DNA of 64,000 bases. It comes from Chiloscyllium plagiosum (Eukaryota). The notes under the pieces were generated by a model that ran no database searches, was not told where the DNA came from, and saw only the letters and a list, made by a program, of their open reading frames with translations. The stretch is from NCBI RefSeq assembly GCF_004010195.1, contig NC_057737.1, positions 19,876,327-19,940,326 on the forward strand. Direction: 5' to 3'. Positions 11,030 to 24,648 of the stretch are shown one piece after another; positions within the stretch are counted from its first letter, which is position 1, and every line of letters begins with the position of its first letter. Made by a program: the position numbers and the translations under genes.

Positions 11030-13560
11030 CATATGTTTTGTTGCATATCTGGCACCATAGTGAAGGACAGAGACTGGGGTATAAGCTATTTTAGGTGTTA
11101 TATTATGCAATCAGAGGAAACTAATTAATAATTTCATTCTAAAAGAACTTTTAGGGAAGTGCAATCATAGAATGCTGGAATTTTTAATTAAGTTTGGAAG
11201 CTATGTCATTCAAAACTAGGGTCTTAAATCTGAAGGAAGAAAACGATATAGGCCTGAGGATCAAGTTGGCCGGTGGTGGATTGAGAAATTAAAAGATGCA
11301 ATAAAAGACAGACTATGGCTAGTACTTAAAGAATTAGTACACTGTTTAAAACAAGCATACGTTGCTTCAGAACACAAATGAAAGGAAAAGTGTTTTAACC
11401 CTGGTTAGAAAATGAAAAGATAAATTGTTTTCGATCAAAGAAGCAAGCTGACAAATTTACCAAAAAAGTAGCAAGCCTGAGGATTGGGAGCATTTAGAAG
11501 TTAACTCATGAGAACCATGAAACTGAAAAAAAAGGGAAAATAAAATGTGAATGTAAGCTAGCAAGAAACATTTAAAATTGGATTGTACAAGCTTCTATAG
11601 GATGTAACAGAAATAAATTAACAAAGACAAATTTGGGTCCATTACAGGAGAATTTATGATGGTCACAGGGAAATGGTGGAAAATATAAATAATTACTTTG
11701 TGCCTGTCTTTATGGAGGTAGGAATAAGAAATCTTTCAGAAATAATAGATATCCAAGGGACTAGTGAGAATGAGGAACTGAAATAAATTAGCATTCATAT
11801 GAAATGTAGTATTAGATTAATTAATGGGACTGAACATTGAGAAATCCCCAGGATAGGTAATCTGCAGCCCAGAATATGGTGCTATAGAGATGGTGGATAC
11901 ATTGGTGGTCATCTTTCAAAATTCTATAGATGTTGAAGTGGTATGTGCAGGAGAAAGCTGGGAAGGAGAAACTCGGAAACTACAGTCTTGATTGTCTGAT
12001 GGCAGTAGTAGGGTAATACTAGCATGGATTATGAAGGATGTGATAACTCAGAACATAGAAAGTAACAATCCAATTATGTGGAGCCAACACGGATTTACAA
12101 AGGGGAAATCATTTTTAACATTTTCTGAGTACGTTACTAACAGAGTAGCTAAGGGGAACCAGAGTACTGATTTTCAGAAGGCTCTGAGCAAGGTCCCACA
12201 CAGGAGGCTAGTAATCAAAACTGGAGCGCATTCGATTAGGAGTAACATAGAATAGGAATGAATGGGTCAGTTTAAAGTTGTCAGGCTGTAAGTAGGAGGG
12301 TACTGCAAGGATCAGTGCTTGAGCCCTAAATATTCATAGGCAAAAGTGAGGACTGCAGATGTTGGCAACCAGAGTTTAGATCAGAGTGGTGCTGGAAAAG
12401 CACAGCAGGTCAGGCAGCATCCAAGGAGCAGGAAAATCGATGTTTCGGGCAAAAGCCCTTCATCAGGAATAGAGGCTGGAAGCCTCCAGGCTGGAGAGAG
12501 ACTTGCCAGACCTGCTGTGCTTTTCCAGCACCACTCTGATCTAAACCCTACATATTTCAATGATCAACAAATGTGATACTTCCAAATTTGTGGATGGCAT
12601 AAAATGAGATGGAAGTATATTTTATGAGGATGGTGCAAGGAGGCTTCAAGGGGATTTAGAACATTACAACGCAGTGCAGGCCCTTCAGCCCTCGATGTTG
12701 CGCTGGGACTTGGCGCGTGGGATTTGAACATGGCAGATGGAATACAATGTGGATAGCTGTGAGATTGTGAGATTATCCACTTTGATAGGAAAACAAAGGT
12801 GCAGAGTATTCCTTAAATTGTAAAAAAAAATTGGAAAGCGTAGATGTTCAAAGAGAGCTGGGTTTCCTTTTTTATAAGTACTTAAGTCGAGCATGCAGGT
12901 GCAATAAGCAATTAGGAAGGCAAATGATATGCTGGAAATTATTGCAAGAAGGTCTGCATGCAGGAGCAATGATTGATTGCTTCAATTCTGTAAGTCTTAG
13001 TGAGACTGGAGTATTATGTGCAGTTTTAGTCTCCTTACGTGAAGAAGGATAAAGTTTCCACAGAGGCAATGCATTGGAGGTTCATCAGACTAATTCTTGG
13101 CTTGGGAGGATTGTCCTGAGAGGGGCAATTGGGAAGACTGGGCCTGTAGTCTCTAGATTTCAGCAGAATGAGAGATGATCTCACTGAAATTAACAAAGTT
13201 CTTAAAGTGGTTGACGGCATAAATGCAGAAAGGATGTTTTCCCTGGCTAGGGGCAAGAACAATGGTTAGAACCAAGAAAAATAATCTCAGAATGAGGAAC
13301 AAGTCATTTGGAAAGAGGAAGAGCAATGTTGTCACTCAGAGAGTGATGAATCTTTAGAATTCTATACTCCAGAGGACTCTGGAAGCTCAGGCATTGAGTA
13401 TGGTCAAGATAGTGATTGATTGATCTCTGGATACCATTGACATCAAAGGGATAAGGGGGTGGCCTGAGAAAATGGTCTTGAGATCAATGATCAGCCATGA
13501 TTTGGAAGTGGAGCAGGCTTGAAGGGTTAAATGGTGTAGTCTTGCCCCTATTTTCTTGCT
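11030..13560 (+). mobile_element. Decayed CR1 ORF2 (linker + RT + 3' UTR)
   Basis: SQHGFTKGKS, DFQKALSKVPHRRL, VLQGSVL motifs, many stops; interrupted by a PLE at ~12341-12546 and a short CR1 tail at ~12660-12712. Confidence 0.8.
12341..12546 (-). mobile_element. PLE 3'-end element with partial inverted repeat and hammerhead motif (12439-12466)
   Basis: rc CTGATGA A GGGC TTTT GCCC GAAACATC; 12374-12411 is inverted at 12509-12546. Confidence 0.75.
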
Positions 13561-13589
13561 CCTATCTCGAACTGGCTTGAAAGGATATT

Positions 13590-13925
13590 GGAGAGAAGAT
13601 AAGTGTTTGGTCTGTATGGTCCTCATTGGGAGCAACAGTGTAGACAAGAGATCCTGTCTGTCCTGTTTGAACTTGGAGTTAAATTAAAAGCAGAAACTCA
13701 AGGGTTTTAATCTCTGGATTATCATCCATGTTCAAGTTGTCAAAGGGATAAGAACCTTATCGTTATGACTGTGTAGTTGAAGGATTGGTGTAAGAAAGGA
13801 GTTCCACTTCAGGAGACCCTGGCACCCGTAACGAACAGGAAGAAGCTTTACCATTGGAATGGTTTCTTCCTGGCCAGGCTTCTTTCTGAAAGGATAAATA
13901 GGGCATTCAGACTTTAAACTGATAT
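13590..13925 (+). mobile_element. CR1 ORF1 esterase fragment
   Basis: Degenerate LIGSN...LGVKLK...ISGL...LKDWCKK similarity to 21400-21754. Confidence 0.5.
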
Positions 13926-13989
13926 ACAGAGGTTAGGGAGGAAAGCTAACACAAATGTATATTCTAAAACCAATGAGGAGTTATAGAAA

Positions 13990-14680
13990 AGGAGAGATCA
14001 AGCTGGCGAGGGTTCAGAAGAGATTTACCAGGATGTTGCTGGGTATGGAAGATTTGAGTTATAAAGCAAGGATAGATAGACTGGAACTGTTTTTACTGGA
14101 GTGTAGGAGGTTGGGAGGCAATCTGATAGAAGTTCATAAAATAATCAGAAGTATAGATACTGTTAATGATAGTTGTCTTTTCCCCACAATGTTTAATCTC
14201 AAGTCTAGGGGATACATTTTTAAGGTGAGAGGAGACAGATTTTAAAAAGACATAAGAGACAAATGTTTTACATTTGTTCCCAGGTGAAATGAATTTCCTG
14301 AGAAAGTAGTGGATGAGGGTATAATTACAATATTTAAAAGACATTTAGATAGATACATGAATTGGAAAGGTTTGGAGGAATATGGGCCAGGAGCAGGCAA
14401 GTGGGGCTAGTTTAGTTTGGGATTATGTTTGGCATAGACTGGTTAGACTGAAGAGTGTGTTTCCATGCTGTGTGACTCTAAAACACACATTAGTTTGACA
14501 AAGTCAGTTTTCAAACTTTGGTATCATATTCCCTAACTGATACAATTACAACACTTAAAAGGCATCTGGATGGATGTATGAATAGACTGGCAAATGAGAC
14601 TAGATTTATTTTGGATATCAGGTCAACAAGGACAAGTTGGACCGAAGGGTCTGTTTCTGTGCTGTACATCTGTACGACTC
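13990..14680 (+). mobile_element. CR1 3' fragments (two adjacent 3' ends)
   Basis: LARVQKRFTRMLLGMEDLSYKARIDRLELFLLECRRLGGNLIEVHKII; second tail at ~14535-14680. Confidence 0.8.
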
Positions 14681-14820
14681 CAAGTGAGAATACATTAATA
14701 TTCATAAGTTGTGCATTAGACACTACAACCAAGGGGAAAATGAAAAATATAAAATAAACTCACAAAGAAAATAGAAAAATGCAAGGAAGACATTCTTAAA
14801 GCAGAAGAATAGATTCAGAT

Positions 14821-15024
14821 CGAGACGTGTGGTGCTGGAAAAGCACAGCCAGTCAGGCAGCATCGAGGAGCAGGCAAGTCAACATTTCAAGTATGAGAAT
14901 GAAGAGTTTATATTCGAAGCGTCGACTCTCCTGCTCCTCCCATGCTACCTGACCGGCTGTGCTTTTCCAGCACCACACTGTTTGACTCTGATCTCCAGCA
15001 TCTGCAGTCCTCACTTTCTCCCGG
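14821..15024 (+). mobile_element. Older palindromic PLE terminal element with decayed hammerheads
   Basis: Inverted arms (GTGTGGTGCTGGAAAAGCACAGCC / GGCTGTGCTTTTCCAGCACCACAC); TSD ATAGATTC(A/G)GAT at 14809-14820 and 15025-15036. Confidence 0.7.
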
Positions 15025-15324
15025 ATAGATTCGGATGTGTGACCTAAGCAAGTGTTCTTTGCGTAAATACACAAAGTATGATGTAGAATTTGAAACAATC
15101 CTGATGACAAATTCAGTTTGGAACTTTCAAGTGTTCTCATTTCTAGATTCTGCTTCCTCTCCTCCTGCTGATTTTTAAGAGCTCTGTTGGGAAGGTGATT
15201 GCAGCAAAGTGAATGCCAGTATTTTCACAAGCCAAAACGATTTCTTCAATAATTTTCAAGTGATAAACTGTTAACACTACTCTTCCTATTTCTCCACTGA
15301 TAACAATTCTTTCTGTCTAAAAGT

Positions 15325-15546
15325 TGCAGAGACATCACAGAGGCTGGGATCCAGTCACCAAGTCACCTTTAGTAACACGTGCACAATACCTGACACTGAC
15401 CCAGCTTCCTCAGAGTGAACAGAACCTCTGACACTCCTGTTTTTATCTATCAGCCAAGGCTCACTGAATGGACCAGGTTAACAGCCCCAATCAGTGAACT
15501 CATATTCTGTGAGGAGCACCTTGTTGTCCTTGTTACAATCACTACA
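15325..15546 (-). mobile_element. Short solo LTR-like element
   Basis: Reverse-complement homolog of 34171-34388; TG...CA termini. Confidence 0.6.
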
Positions 15547-17980
15547 TTTTTTTTATGACAACAGAAAATATACCCACCACACCCCAGCTCACAAGTATGT
15601 TATTTTCTTTGTTCACCATTTAGTGCACTCTTTTCCACTCTCACCCTATTCAGAGATTCTCATCACAGTTTACTCATTCACTATAGCTCCAGACATCCAG
15701 TTTTGTTTCACAATTAGAGTGGTAACACATCCCCAACATAGATCCAGGATGAAATGCTGATCTGCAACATACGCGCACCAACTGTAAAATCTCATGATGG
15801 TTAGATGGAGTAGTTTCTTGCAGCTCAGGGAATTGTAGCCATCATTGTTGATTAACTTGTCAATCAACCTGCAGTTGGAATATGGGAATAGGAGTTGGAA
15901 ATCATGTACTGAAACCTCCTGTAATACAGTTGTAGCCAAGTTGTGGGAAATTGTAGTTGTATAAAATTGAGATCAATAATGCCCACAATGTCAAGAATGT
16001 TTGTTATAATCATTGAGGACAGAAAGCTGCATTCAAAGTTAATGGGATGTCGTTTGTTTGTCATCACCTTTGTCTCCTGCAAGAGTTCTATCCCAAGTAT
16101 CAAATAGAAGCCTGCAGAGAAGTGGTGACATTAAAATAAGCAGAATGATCCCTAGGTAACCAAACAACAGCACAGGAAGTTTAAATCACTGCTGTGTTTT
16201 GCTTACAGGTATGGAGACTGGCTGTAAAATGGTGACGGCACAGACACTGTATGAATGGTTGACTGATCAGCACAGGTGGATGCTGGAACATATAAGGTTT
16301 TAGGTATATGTATTAATTCGGAAGTGAGAAATTAGAAGGTGGTTTAAGTAGAAGGTTGCTTAGGAGCAGAGCGTGTTTTGCATGGCTGGGTAGAAAGCAT
16401 CCACAAGGCTAAAGTTGAGCTTGTGGATTTGTCATGGGAAGACCTGGAGAATAAATTCACATTTTACACTCACCATTGACTTTTCCTGGAAAATTATTGA
16501 CAGAAGAGATGTTATTCACTTGGGATGGGAGGTATCAAAAAGGAAAGAGTGTGTGACTTTTATCACCAATTGTCTTTTAACATATGGTTTCCCATAATTT
16601 TTGACATTGGCTGTGCAGAGAAAAGATACAAATAAAGGTTAAGTTCTTCTTGTAACAGGGGAAACCTAAAAGTCAATGTGCAGGCCCCTCTTGTACAATT
16701 AAATAAAGGAGGGAGATCAGAATTTGAAGAGTTGTATATTATGGTAAAGCAACGATGAACATAAATCAGACAAAATAACAAGAGTCCTTTTGCTAGATGT
16801 CTTCTTCCCCTCCTCTGTTTAATTGTAACAGCTATTTATTCTGTAGGCTGTTCCTTGGACCTAGGTTTACAGTCAAATATATTGTAAACTTTGTTGCTGA
16901 ATGGTCCTTTTATTAATTCAATGTTTTATTGAAATTCTCATGTCAAAAAGAATTAGGTCGGAATAAGTGATTAGTGATCAGACTTCTACTTCATGCTAAA
17001 AATAATACTTGAATAAAAAACAACTCTTTTGAGTTCCCTAGGTCACTTTATCGCTAGTAGATTGTGTGTGTGAGAGAAGAATTTAAAAACACACTGTGCA
17101 TGAACCCCAAAGCTTACAAAACAGTTTATTGTGTCCATACTGTTTTGAAGCCTCTTATCAAGTGTAACAGCCCTTCTCTCTCCATCCAGTGAATTCCCTG
17201 CGATTATCTGCCTGACCTGACCTGGGCTGTCCCCACGTTAATGTTCCTGAGACACAAAAAACCAGGAAAATGAAGACTGGACCTAAGAATTAGCATTCAA
17301 AAGATGCAGCTATGCCATGTCCTTGCTATCCAATAAATCCCCCTCTACCCCTAAATGTTTCCCTAAAGAAATGGACTAGGGAAGGTGCTCCAAGAGTTGT
17401 GTTGTTCTTTAACTGATTACCTACAGATGGTTGAGACTACCTTGTCCACCCTGAACAGTTTCTGTTTTGTTAGTGCATTCCACCAACAAAATCCCACATC
17501 AGAATCTCATGCTGCAGTTGTGCATTGACTTCCAACTATTCTCTATGAAGACCTGGATTGGCTTTGACTGAAGCGATCTAACTTACCATTCTGGTAACTG
17601 TCATATTTAGCATAGGTAGTCAGTGTAAAACATAATGCCTTTTGTTCACAAATGGTTGTTGCAACATTTCGAGCTAAGTGGTTAGCAAAGCATTTGGACT
17701 GTCACTTCCGTATCTGATTACAGACAAGAGAAACCAATTAAAAGAGGAATAAGAATATAGGCAAATAGATTTTAAAAATTATGGTTAAGAGTTTCTAAAT
17801 TTCCATTCTGAAGATCATTTCAAATAATTGACAGTGAGGAGTTGCAAGTCATTTTGGTAATGGTACCAAATAGTTAAGGAGTGGCTTCATGGTTTTACCT
17901 TGTTAAGAGAGTGTCTAATGTCAGGAATTTATTTTATAGTTGCTTAAAGATACTTGACAGTGTTTTGTTTCAACTCACAG

Positions 17981-18119
17981 CTGTCTGCAGTGGGGAGATT
18001 ACAGACTCTGCCGGAGTTGTGCTGTCTCCCAATTGGCCTGAAGCATATGACAAGGGTCAGGACTGCATTTGGGGAATACACGTGGAGGAAGACAAACGAA
18101 TCATGCTGGACCTCCAGGT
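17981..18119 (+). CDS. SEZ6: Seizure protein 6 homolog, internal exon encoding the N-terminal half of a CUB domain
   Basis: Acceptor TTTTGTTTCAACTCACAG|; in frame with the previous exon (G+CT = Ala). Reads AVCSGEITDSAGVVLSPNWPEAYDKGQDCIWGIHVEEDKRIMLDLQV; donor |GTAAGT at 18120. Confidence 0.93.
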
Positions 18120-18489
18120 GTAAGTGCAAAATAGAGCAAAATACAGTGTGCACTGAGCGTCCCATACTTATAATCTACGTAATTTTCTATTAGATTTCTT
18201 TTTTTACTTCCTTGTTTCTGTTTTGCTGAAAGTATTGGCAGGATTTTCGCATCACCTCAGTCAAATGAACCTTTTATTGTGAACCATGACATGACTGTGA
18301 CTGAAACAAGTGGCTTGGGAATTGCAAATTCAGCTTCATCAGATCTAGATGGAGCCTACACAAGCTGAATGCTAATGGAAGCTGTTAACTATTGAGATTT
18401 GTGAGCACTTTGAATACAGACTAAACTTGTTAACCTGTGATATGCTGTGGACTTCAGAATTTTACAGCCCTTTCCACTTCCCCTTCCTG

Positions 18490-18720
18490 TTACAACAACA
18501 AGAAGTTGCACTTGTGTAGTGCCTTTAATGTAGTGAAATGCTCCACTGTGTTGAACAGGATCAAGCAAACAGATTTTGACACTGAGGTATTCAGGATGTA
18601 CAGTAATAGGCCATCTGACTGGAAGTTTTGGCAAAGAGGTATATTTCAAAAATGTGATATAAGAGGGAGGAGGAGAGCTGACCTCTGGCGTAGGTCCAAG
18701 GAGCAGTATCATGATGCAGT
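18490..18720 (-). mobile_element. L2-like LINE 3' end
   Basis: rc ends ...CACTACATTAAAGGCACTACACAAGTGCAACTTCTTGTTGTTGT, typical of L2 3' termini. Confidence 0.45.
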
Positions 18721-20229
18721 TAAGATGCCAAAATTCAGCTGCTTCTCGTATTATTGATTTATTTCTTCGGCAGCTTTCTTTTAGCAACCTTTCCACCAAA
18801 TCTTCCTGTGATGTTCATTCATTGGATCAAAATGATCAGATCTTCTTGAATTTTCGAGTTAACAGAAGACTCTGCACAAATTTTACGCACTATCGCACTT
18901 GTCAAATTGATGAGTCAGAAAATTGAACAAATAATACAGACAGCGATGAAATCACTGTTAACCTGGGAATTCAGTAAAAAGCCAGCGGTCATAGAGAAAA
19001 GCTGGGTCTAAATTGGACAGAGCCACTTGTTTGATGGGCTAAATGGCTATCCTATTCTGAAGTCCAGGATAATGTAAGATGCTGCGAGTCTCACCTTTTC
19101 TCAGTGTCCTGTGTATAAAGTACTCACCCTCATTACAGGAAGGTCATGAAGGTGTTTTTACTGGTGAGCAATACATCAGTGACTTGATTGAGGCAATGGT
19201 CCATTGTCAGTTTCCCAATCTTGCTGAAGTCCTTGTAAATTGAAATTAGCCTGAGACATAACACTCTAAGGTTAGAGTGAAAGCATGCATGTTCTGGCTG
19301 TTGCCCAAACAGCTATCTCTGTCATAGCAGCGAAGTGGAACCTTTGAAGACTTTGACCTGAGACATGTCCCAGTCAATATGTCTACCTTTGTACAAATGG
19401 ATGGATGAATCAGAGGAAGTATAGACTGTGTGCCTATGGTGGAGATCTCCTCCTGTTCCCTCAGAAAACATATATAGCAAAGTATACTTCAATAGATTTC
19501 CACTTTTGATTAGGAACAAAATGTCTGTTCAATAAAAAGATGTTGTAATCAGAAAACAAATCCAAAGGAAAATTACACAATGTAAATTCCAGTCATTGAG
19601 CAATCTGAGATAACAAGGCTTGTTTTTATTGCATTTTTGATGTGAACAGAATTAGCACACAGCACTTTTCACATTGTGAAATCCATGAAGTTGTGCAACT
19701 TCCTTCAATATAATTCCCAATCATTTTAATATCTTTTTTGAAGGCTGGCAGTAAAATTAAGTTCTACCCAATGCAGGCAGGAAAAGCAAGACAGGCCTCG
19801 GCCCAATTTTCAAGCCTTTGTTTTGGTCATTCCTGGAACAATTCCACTGCTCTGAAAACAGATCTTTATTAAACACTTGTCAGGTCTGTATTGACTTAGA
19901 GTTGACTGCGATTGAGCTTCCATCCTGTGGCAAGGTTACCAGAAACAGAACCTATAGTTTTATCTGACAGTTGAAATTAATGGGCTGGATTTCTATTATG
20001 CAACTATTAATAGCGATGCTGGGTCATTGAAAGATGTCCGATCAATTTACTGATTGCCAGCAGCATGGGAAAGTGGGAAGAAGAGGTTTGTGATTGCACA
20101 CGTTTACAGAAATGACACAAGAAATGTGCTACAAGGTGAAGTTATTAAGAGGTAAAGCAGGTCAGCTTTCCCTCCACTCAATTTCATGTTCCAATCTTTT
20201 AAACCTAGAATGTTTTAATTCTGCAGAGA

Positions 20230-20510
20230 CTAAAAATAAGACTTACTCATTTCAAGCAGAGGTGTGATTTTTTTCTTCTCTCTCACTCAGAAAAGGTTGT
20301 GAATCTTTGGAGCTCTCAACCTGAAAAGTCAGGGAGAGACGAGGTACCTTTGAATTTTTTTAAGGCAGAGTTGGATAGATTCCTGGTAGGCAAGGAGGTG
20401 AAAACTTATTGGCGTATGCGGGAGTGTGGATTTGAGGTTAAAATCAGTTCAGTTACCACTCTACTGAATGGTAGAGCAGCTTAAAGGTCCAAATACCTTA
20501 CTCCTCATCA
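20230..20510 (+). mobile_element. CR1 3' fragment
   Basis: VVNLWSSQPEK...FKAELDRFLVGKEVKTY plus 3' UTR. Confidence 0.7.
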
Positions 20511-20559
20511 GAATATCCTACCCTCCTCTGAATACCCTAAAGTTTAAAAACTCGCCTTT

Positions 20560-23500
20560 AGCATCAGAGTCTGCTGTTGTTCCAGCAGCAGGAAGTGGGG
20601 GAGCACGAGCAGGAAGCTGTTGGAGAGAACATGAGGTCACATATTTGGGCGGTTGCTTTACCTGAAACACTACTCGGATAGTGTCTCCCACCCATCCTCC
20701 TCCTCCTCTAACAAAAGAAGTTCTGAGCGTCGGTTGGTAAAGTGGTAAGTGTTTTCTTTCGTGTTTCACTTTTTCAGCGGTCTGTTTGGGAATTTAGAAT
20801 AGTGGGAATGGAGGCTAGGGGGTTGAATGTTCCTCCTGCAGTATGTGAGAGGTAAGGGTCCCCTCTAGTGTTCCTGCTGACTTCATTTGTGGGAAGTGTA
20901 CCCAACTTCAGCTCCTCGAGAATTGTGTTAGGTACTGGAGCTGGAGCTGGATGAACTTCGGATCATTGGGGAGGCGGAGGTGGTTAATGAGAGGAGTTAC
21001 AGGGAGGTAGTTACTCCACAGCCATATGAAGAAGGTAGATGGGTTACAGTTAGGGGTAGGAAAGGGAACTGGCAGGCAGTACAGGGATCTCCTGTGGTGG
21101 TTCCTGTAAACAACAAGTATACCATTTTGGATACTGTTGGGGGGGGGGGAAATGACCTACCAAGGATAAGCAATGGGGCACAGGTCTCTGGCACAGAGGC
21201 AGGCCCTGTTACTCAGAGGGGAAGGGGGAAGAGAAGCAGAGCTTTAGTCATTGGGGATTCCAGAGTTAGGGGGACACATAGGAGGTTTTGTGGGAACGAG
21301 AGAGACTCACGATTAGTGTGTTGCCTCACAGGTGCCAGGGTTCTTGATGTCTCTGATTGTGTTTTCAGGATCCTTGAGGAGAAGGGAGAGGGAGAGCAGC
21401 CCCCAAGTCGTGGTCCACATAGGCACCAACGACGTAGGCAGGAAGAAAGGTGGGGATCTAAGGCAGAAATTCAGGGAGCTAGGGTGGAAGCTTAGAGCTA
21501 GAACAAACAGAGTTGTTATCTTTAGTTTGTTGCCCGTGCCATCTGCTGGTGAAGCGACAAACTGGGAGAGAGCAGAGCTGAACAAGTGGCTGCAGGGATG
21601 GTGCAGGAGGGAGAGTTTTGGATTCTTGGATAATTGGAGCTCTTTCTGGGGAAAGTGGGACCTCTACAAATTGGATGGTCTTCACCTGAACCAGAGGGGT
21701 ACCAATATCCTGTGGGGCAGACTTGCTAATTCACTTTGGGGGGGTTTAAACTAATGCAGCAGGGGAATGGGAACCTGAATTATAGTTCCATGTACAGGAG
21801 GTTGAGGATAGTGAAGTCAGGGATAGGTTTACAAGGTCATGAGAGGGCACCAGCGACCAGGATGCTTGTTTGAAATCTGCGTACTTGAATACTCCAATGC
21901 AGAATAAGGTGGGTGAACTTACAGCATGGGTTGGTGCCTAGTACCCTGAGAGGAACAGGAATGGTTGTTGCAGATTCTGGGATTTAGATGTTTCAGCAAG
22001 ACCAGAGAAGATTGTAAAAGAGGGGGGGGGCATTATTAATCAAGGGTAATATTACAGCAGCTGAGAGAACATTTGAGGACTCATCCACTGAGATAGTTTG
22101 GGCTGAGGTTAGAAACAGGAAAGGAGAGGTCACCCTGTTGGGAGTTCTCTATCGGCCTCCGAATTGTTTCAGGGATGTAGAGGAAAGGATCGTAAAGATG
22201 ATTCTCGATAGGAGCAAGAGTAACAGGGTAGTTATGGGGTCTTTAACTTCCCCAATACTGACTGAGAATACTATAGTTCAAGTAGTTTAGATGGGTCAGT
22301 TTTTATTCAATGTGTACAGGAGGATTTTCTGACACAATAGGTAGACAGGCCAAACAAGGGGTGATGCCATATTAGATTTGGTACTGGGGAATAAACCCAT
22401 CCAGCTGTTAAATTTGGAGGAAGGTGAGCATTTTGGCGATAGTGACCATAATTCGGCCACATTTACAATAGCAATGGATAGGGATAGGTATATAGCGCAA
22501 GGAAAGAGGTGTAACGGGGGCAGGGCAATTATGATGCGATTAGGCAAGATTTAGGATGCATATGATGGAGAAGGAAACTGCAGGGGATGGACACACTTGA
22601 AATATGGACCTCATTCAAGGAACAGCCAATGTGGGTCCTTGATAAGTATATACTTATCAGGCAGGGAGGTAGTTGTCAAGAGAAGGAGCCATGGTTTACT
22701 GAAGAAATTGAAGCTCTCATCAAGAGGAAGAAGGGGGCTTATGCGAGGATGAGGTGTGAAAGCTCAGTTAGGGGGCTTGAGTGTTAGCCAGAAAAGATCT
22801 AAAGAGAGGGCTAAGAAGAGCCAGTAGGGGACATGAGAAGTTGTTGGTGGATAGGATCAAGGAAAACCCTAAGGTTTTCTATAGGGATATCAGGGATAAA
22901 AGAATGACGAGAGTAAGATTAGGGCCAATTAAACATAGTAGTGCAAAGTTTTGTGTGGAATCTCAGGATATAGGGGAAGCGCTTAATGAATACTTTTCAT
23001 CATTATTCACATTGGAAAAGGGCAATGTTAGTGAGAATACGGAGATACAGGCTACAAGATTAGATGGGATTGAGGTTGACAAAGAGGAGATTTTAGCAAT
23101 TTTGGAAGATCTGAAAACATATAAGACCCCTGAGCCGGATGGGATTTATCCTTGGATTTTCTGGAAAGCAGGGAGGAGATTGCAGATCCTTTGGCTTTGA
23201 TCTTTATGTCATCACTGGTGACAGGAGTAGTGCCAGGAGACTGGAGGATAGCAAATCTTGTTCCCTTGTTTAAGAAGGGGATTCGGGACAACTCTGGTAA
23301 TTATAGGCCAGTGAGCTTTACTTCGGTTGTGGGTAAGGTGTTGGAAAAGGTTATAAGAGATAGGATTTGTAATAATCTGGAAAGGAATAATTTGATTAGG
23401 GATAGTCAACACGGTTTTGTGAGGGGTGGGTCGTGCCTCACTAACCTTATTGAGTTCTTCGAGAAGGTGACAAAACAGGTAGATGAAGGTAAAGCGGTTG

Positions 23501-24648
23501 ATGTGGTGTATTTGGACTTCAGTACGGCATTTGGTAAGGTTCCACATGGGGTAAGCTATTGGACAGAATACAGAGTTTCGGGATTGAAGGTGATTTAGCG
23601 GTTTGAATCAGAAATTGGCTAACTGAAAGAAGACAGAGGGTGTTGGTTGACGGGAAATGTTCATCCTGGAGCTCAGTTACTAGTGGTGTGCTGCAAGGAT
23701 CTGTTTTGGGGCCATTGTTTTGGATGTGGGCATAGAAGGATGGGTTAGTAAATTTGTGGATGACACTAAGGAAGGGAAAGTTGTGTATAGTGCTGAAGGA
23801 TGTTGTGGGTTACAGAGGTACATAGATAAGATGCAGAGCTGGGCTGAGAAGTGGCAAATGGAGTTTAATGTGGAAAAGTGTGAAGTTGTTCACTTCACAG
23901 AAGTAACAGGAATGCAGAGTATTGGGCTAATGGTAAAATTCCTGGCAGCGTAAATGAACAGAGAGATCTCGGTGTCCAGGTGCATAAATCCCTGAAAGTT
24001 GCCACCCAGGTTGATAGGGTTGTTAAGAAGGCATATGGTGTGTTGCCGTTTATTGGTAGGGGGATATAAAGTTTTGGAGCCACAAGGTCATGCTTCAGCT
24101 GCACAAGACACTGGTAAGGCCACACCTGGAGTATTGCGTGCAGTTCTGGTGACCGCATTATAAGAAGGATGTGGAAGCTTTGGAAAGGGTTCAGAGGAGA
24201 TTTACTAGGATGTTGCCTACTATGGAAAGGAGGTCTTATGAGGAAAGGCTGAGGGAATTGAGGCTGTTTTCGTTGGAGAGAAGAAGGTTGAGAGGTGACT
24301 TAATCGAGACGTATAAGTTAATCAGAGGGTTAGATAGGCTGGCCAATGAGAGCCTTTTTCCTCAGATGGTGAAGACTAGCACGAGGGTACATAGCTTTTT
24401 ATTGAGGGGTGATAGATTGAGGACAGATATCAGGGATAGTTTCTTCACTCAGGGAGTAGTAGGAGCATGGAACAGCCTGCCTGCAACAATAGTAGACTTG
24501 CCGATGTTAAGGGCATTTAAATGGGCATTGGACATACGTGTGGATAATAGTGGAATGGTGTAGGTTAGATGAGCATCAGATTATTTTCACAGGTCGGCAC
24601 AACATTGGGGGCCAGAGGGCCTGTACTGCGCTGTAACCTTCTATGTCT
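20560..24648 (+). mobile_element. Near-full-length inactivated CR1 (HER1-like) LINE
   Basis: ORF1 from ATG 20808 has a CxxC..CxxC zinc finger, leucine zipper and SGNH esterase (GDS, HIGTND, DGLH; TAA 21752-21754). ORF2 has an APE endonuclease (SDHN) and RT (NYRPVS, SQHGFV, YLDFS, QGSVLGP, FVDD), ending 24563. The 3' tail is shared with HE1. Multiple frameshifts and stops. Confidence 0.92.

Noticed and set aside
16195-16310. Possible cryptic exon (TTTTGCTTACAG...GTATATG)
   Set aside because: The flanking SEZ6 exons already join in frame to give the canonical sequence; no homology support.
17881-18123. ORF-track 80-aa ORF as a standalone gene
   Set aside because: Only 17981-18119 is exon; the N-terminal part is intron read-through.
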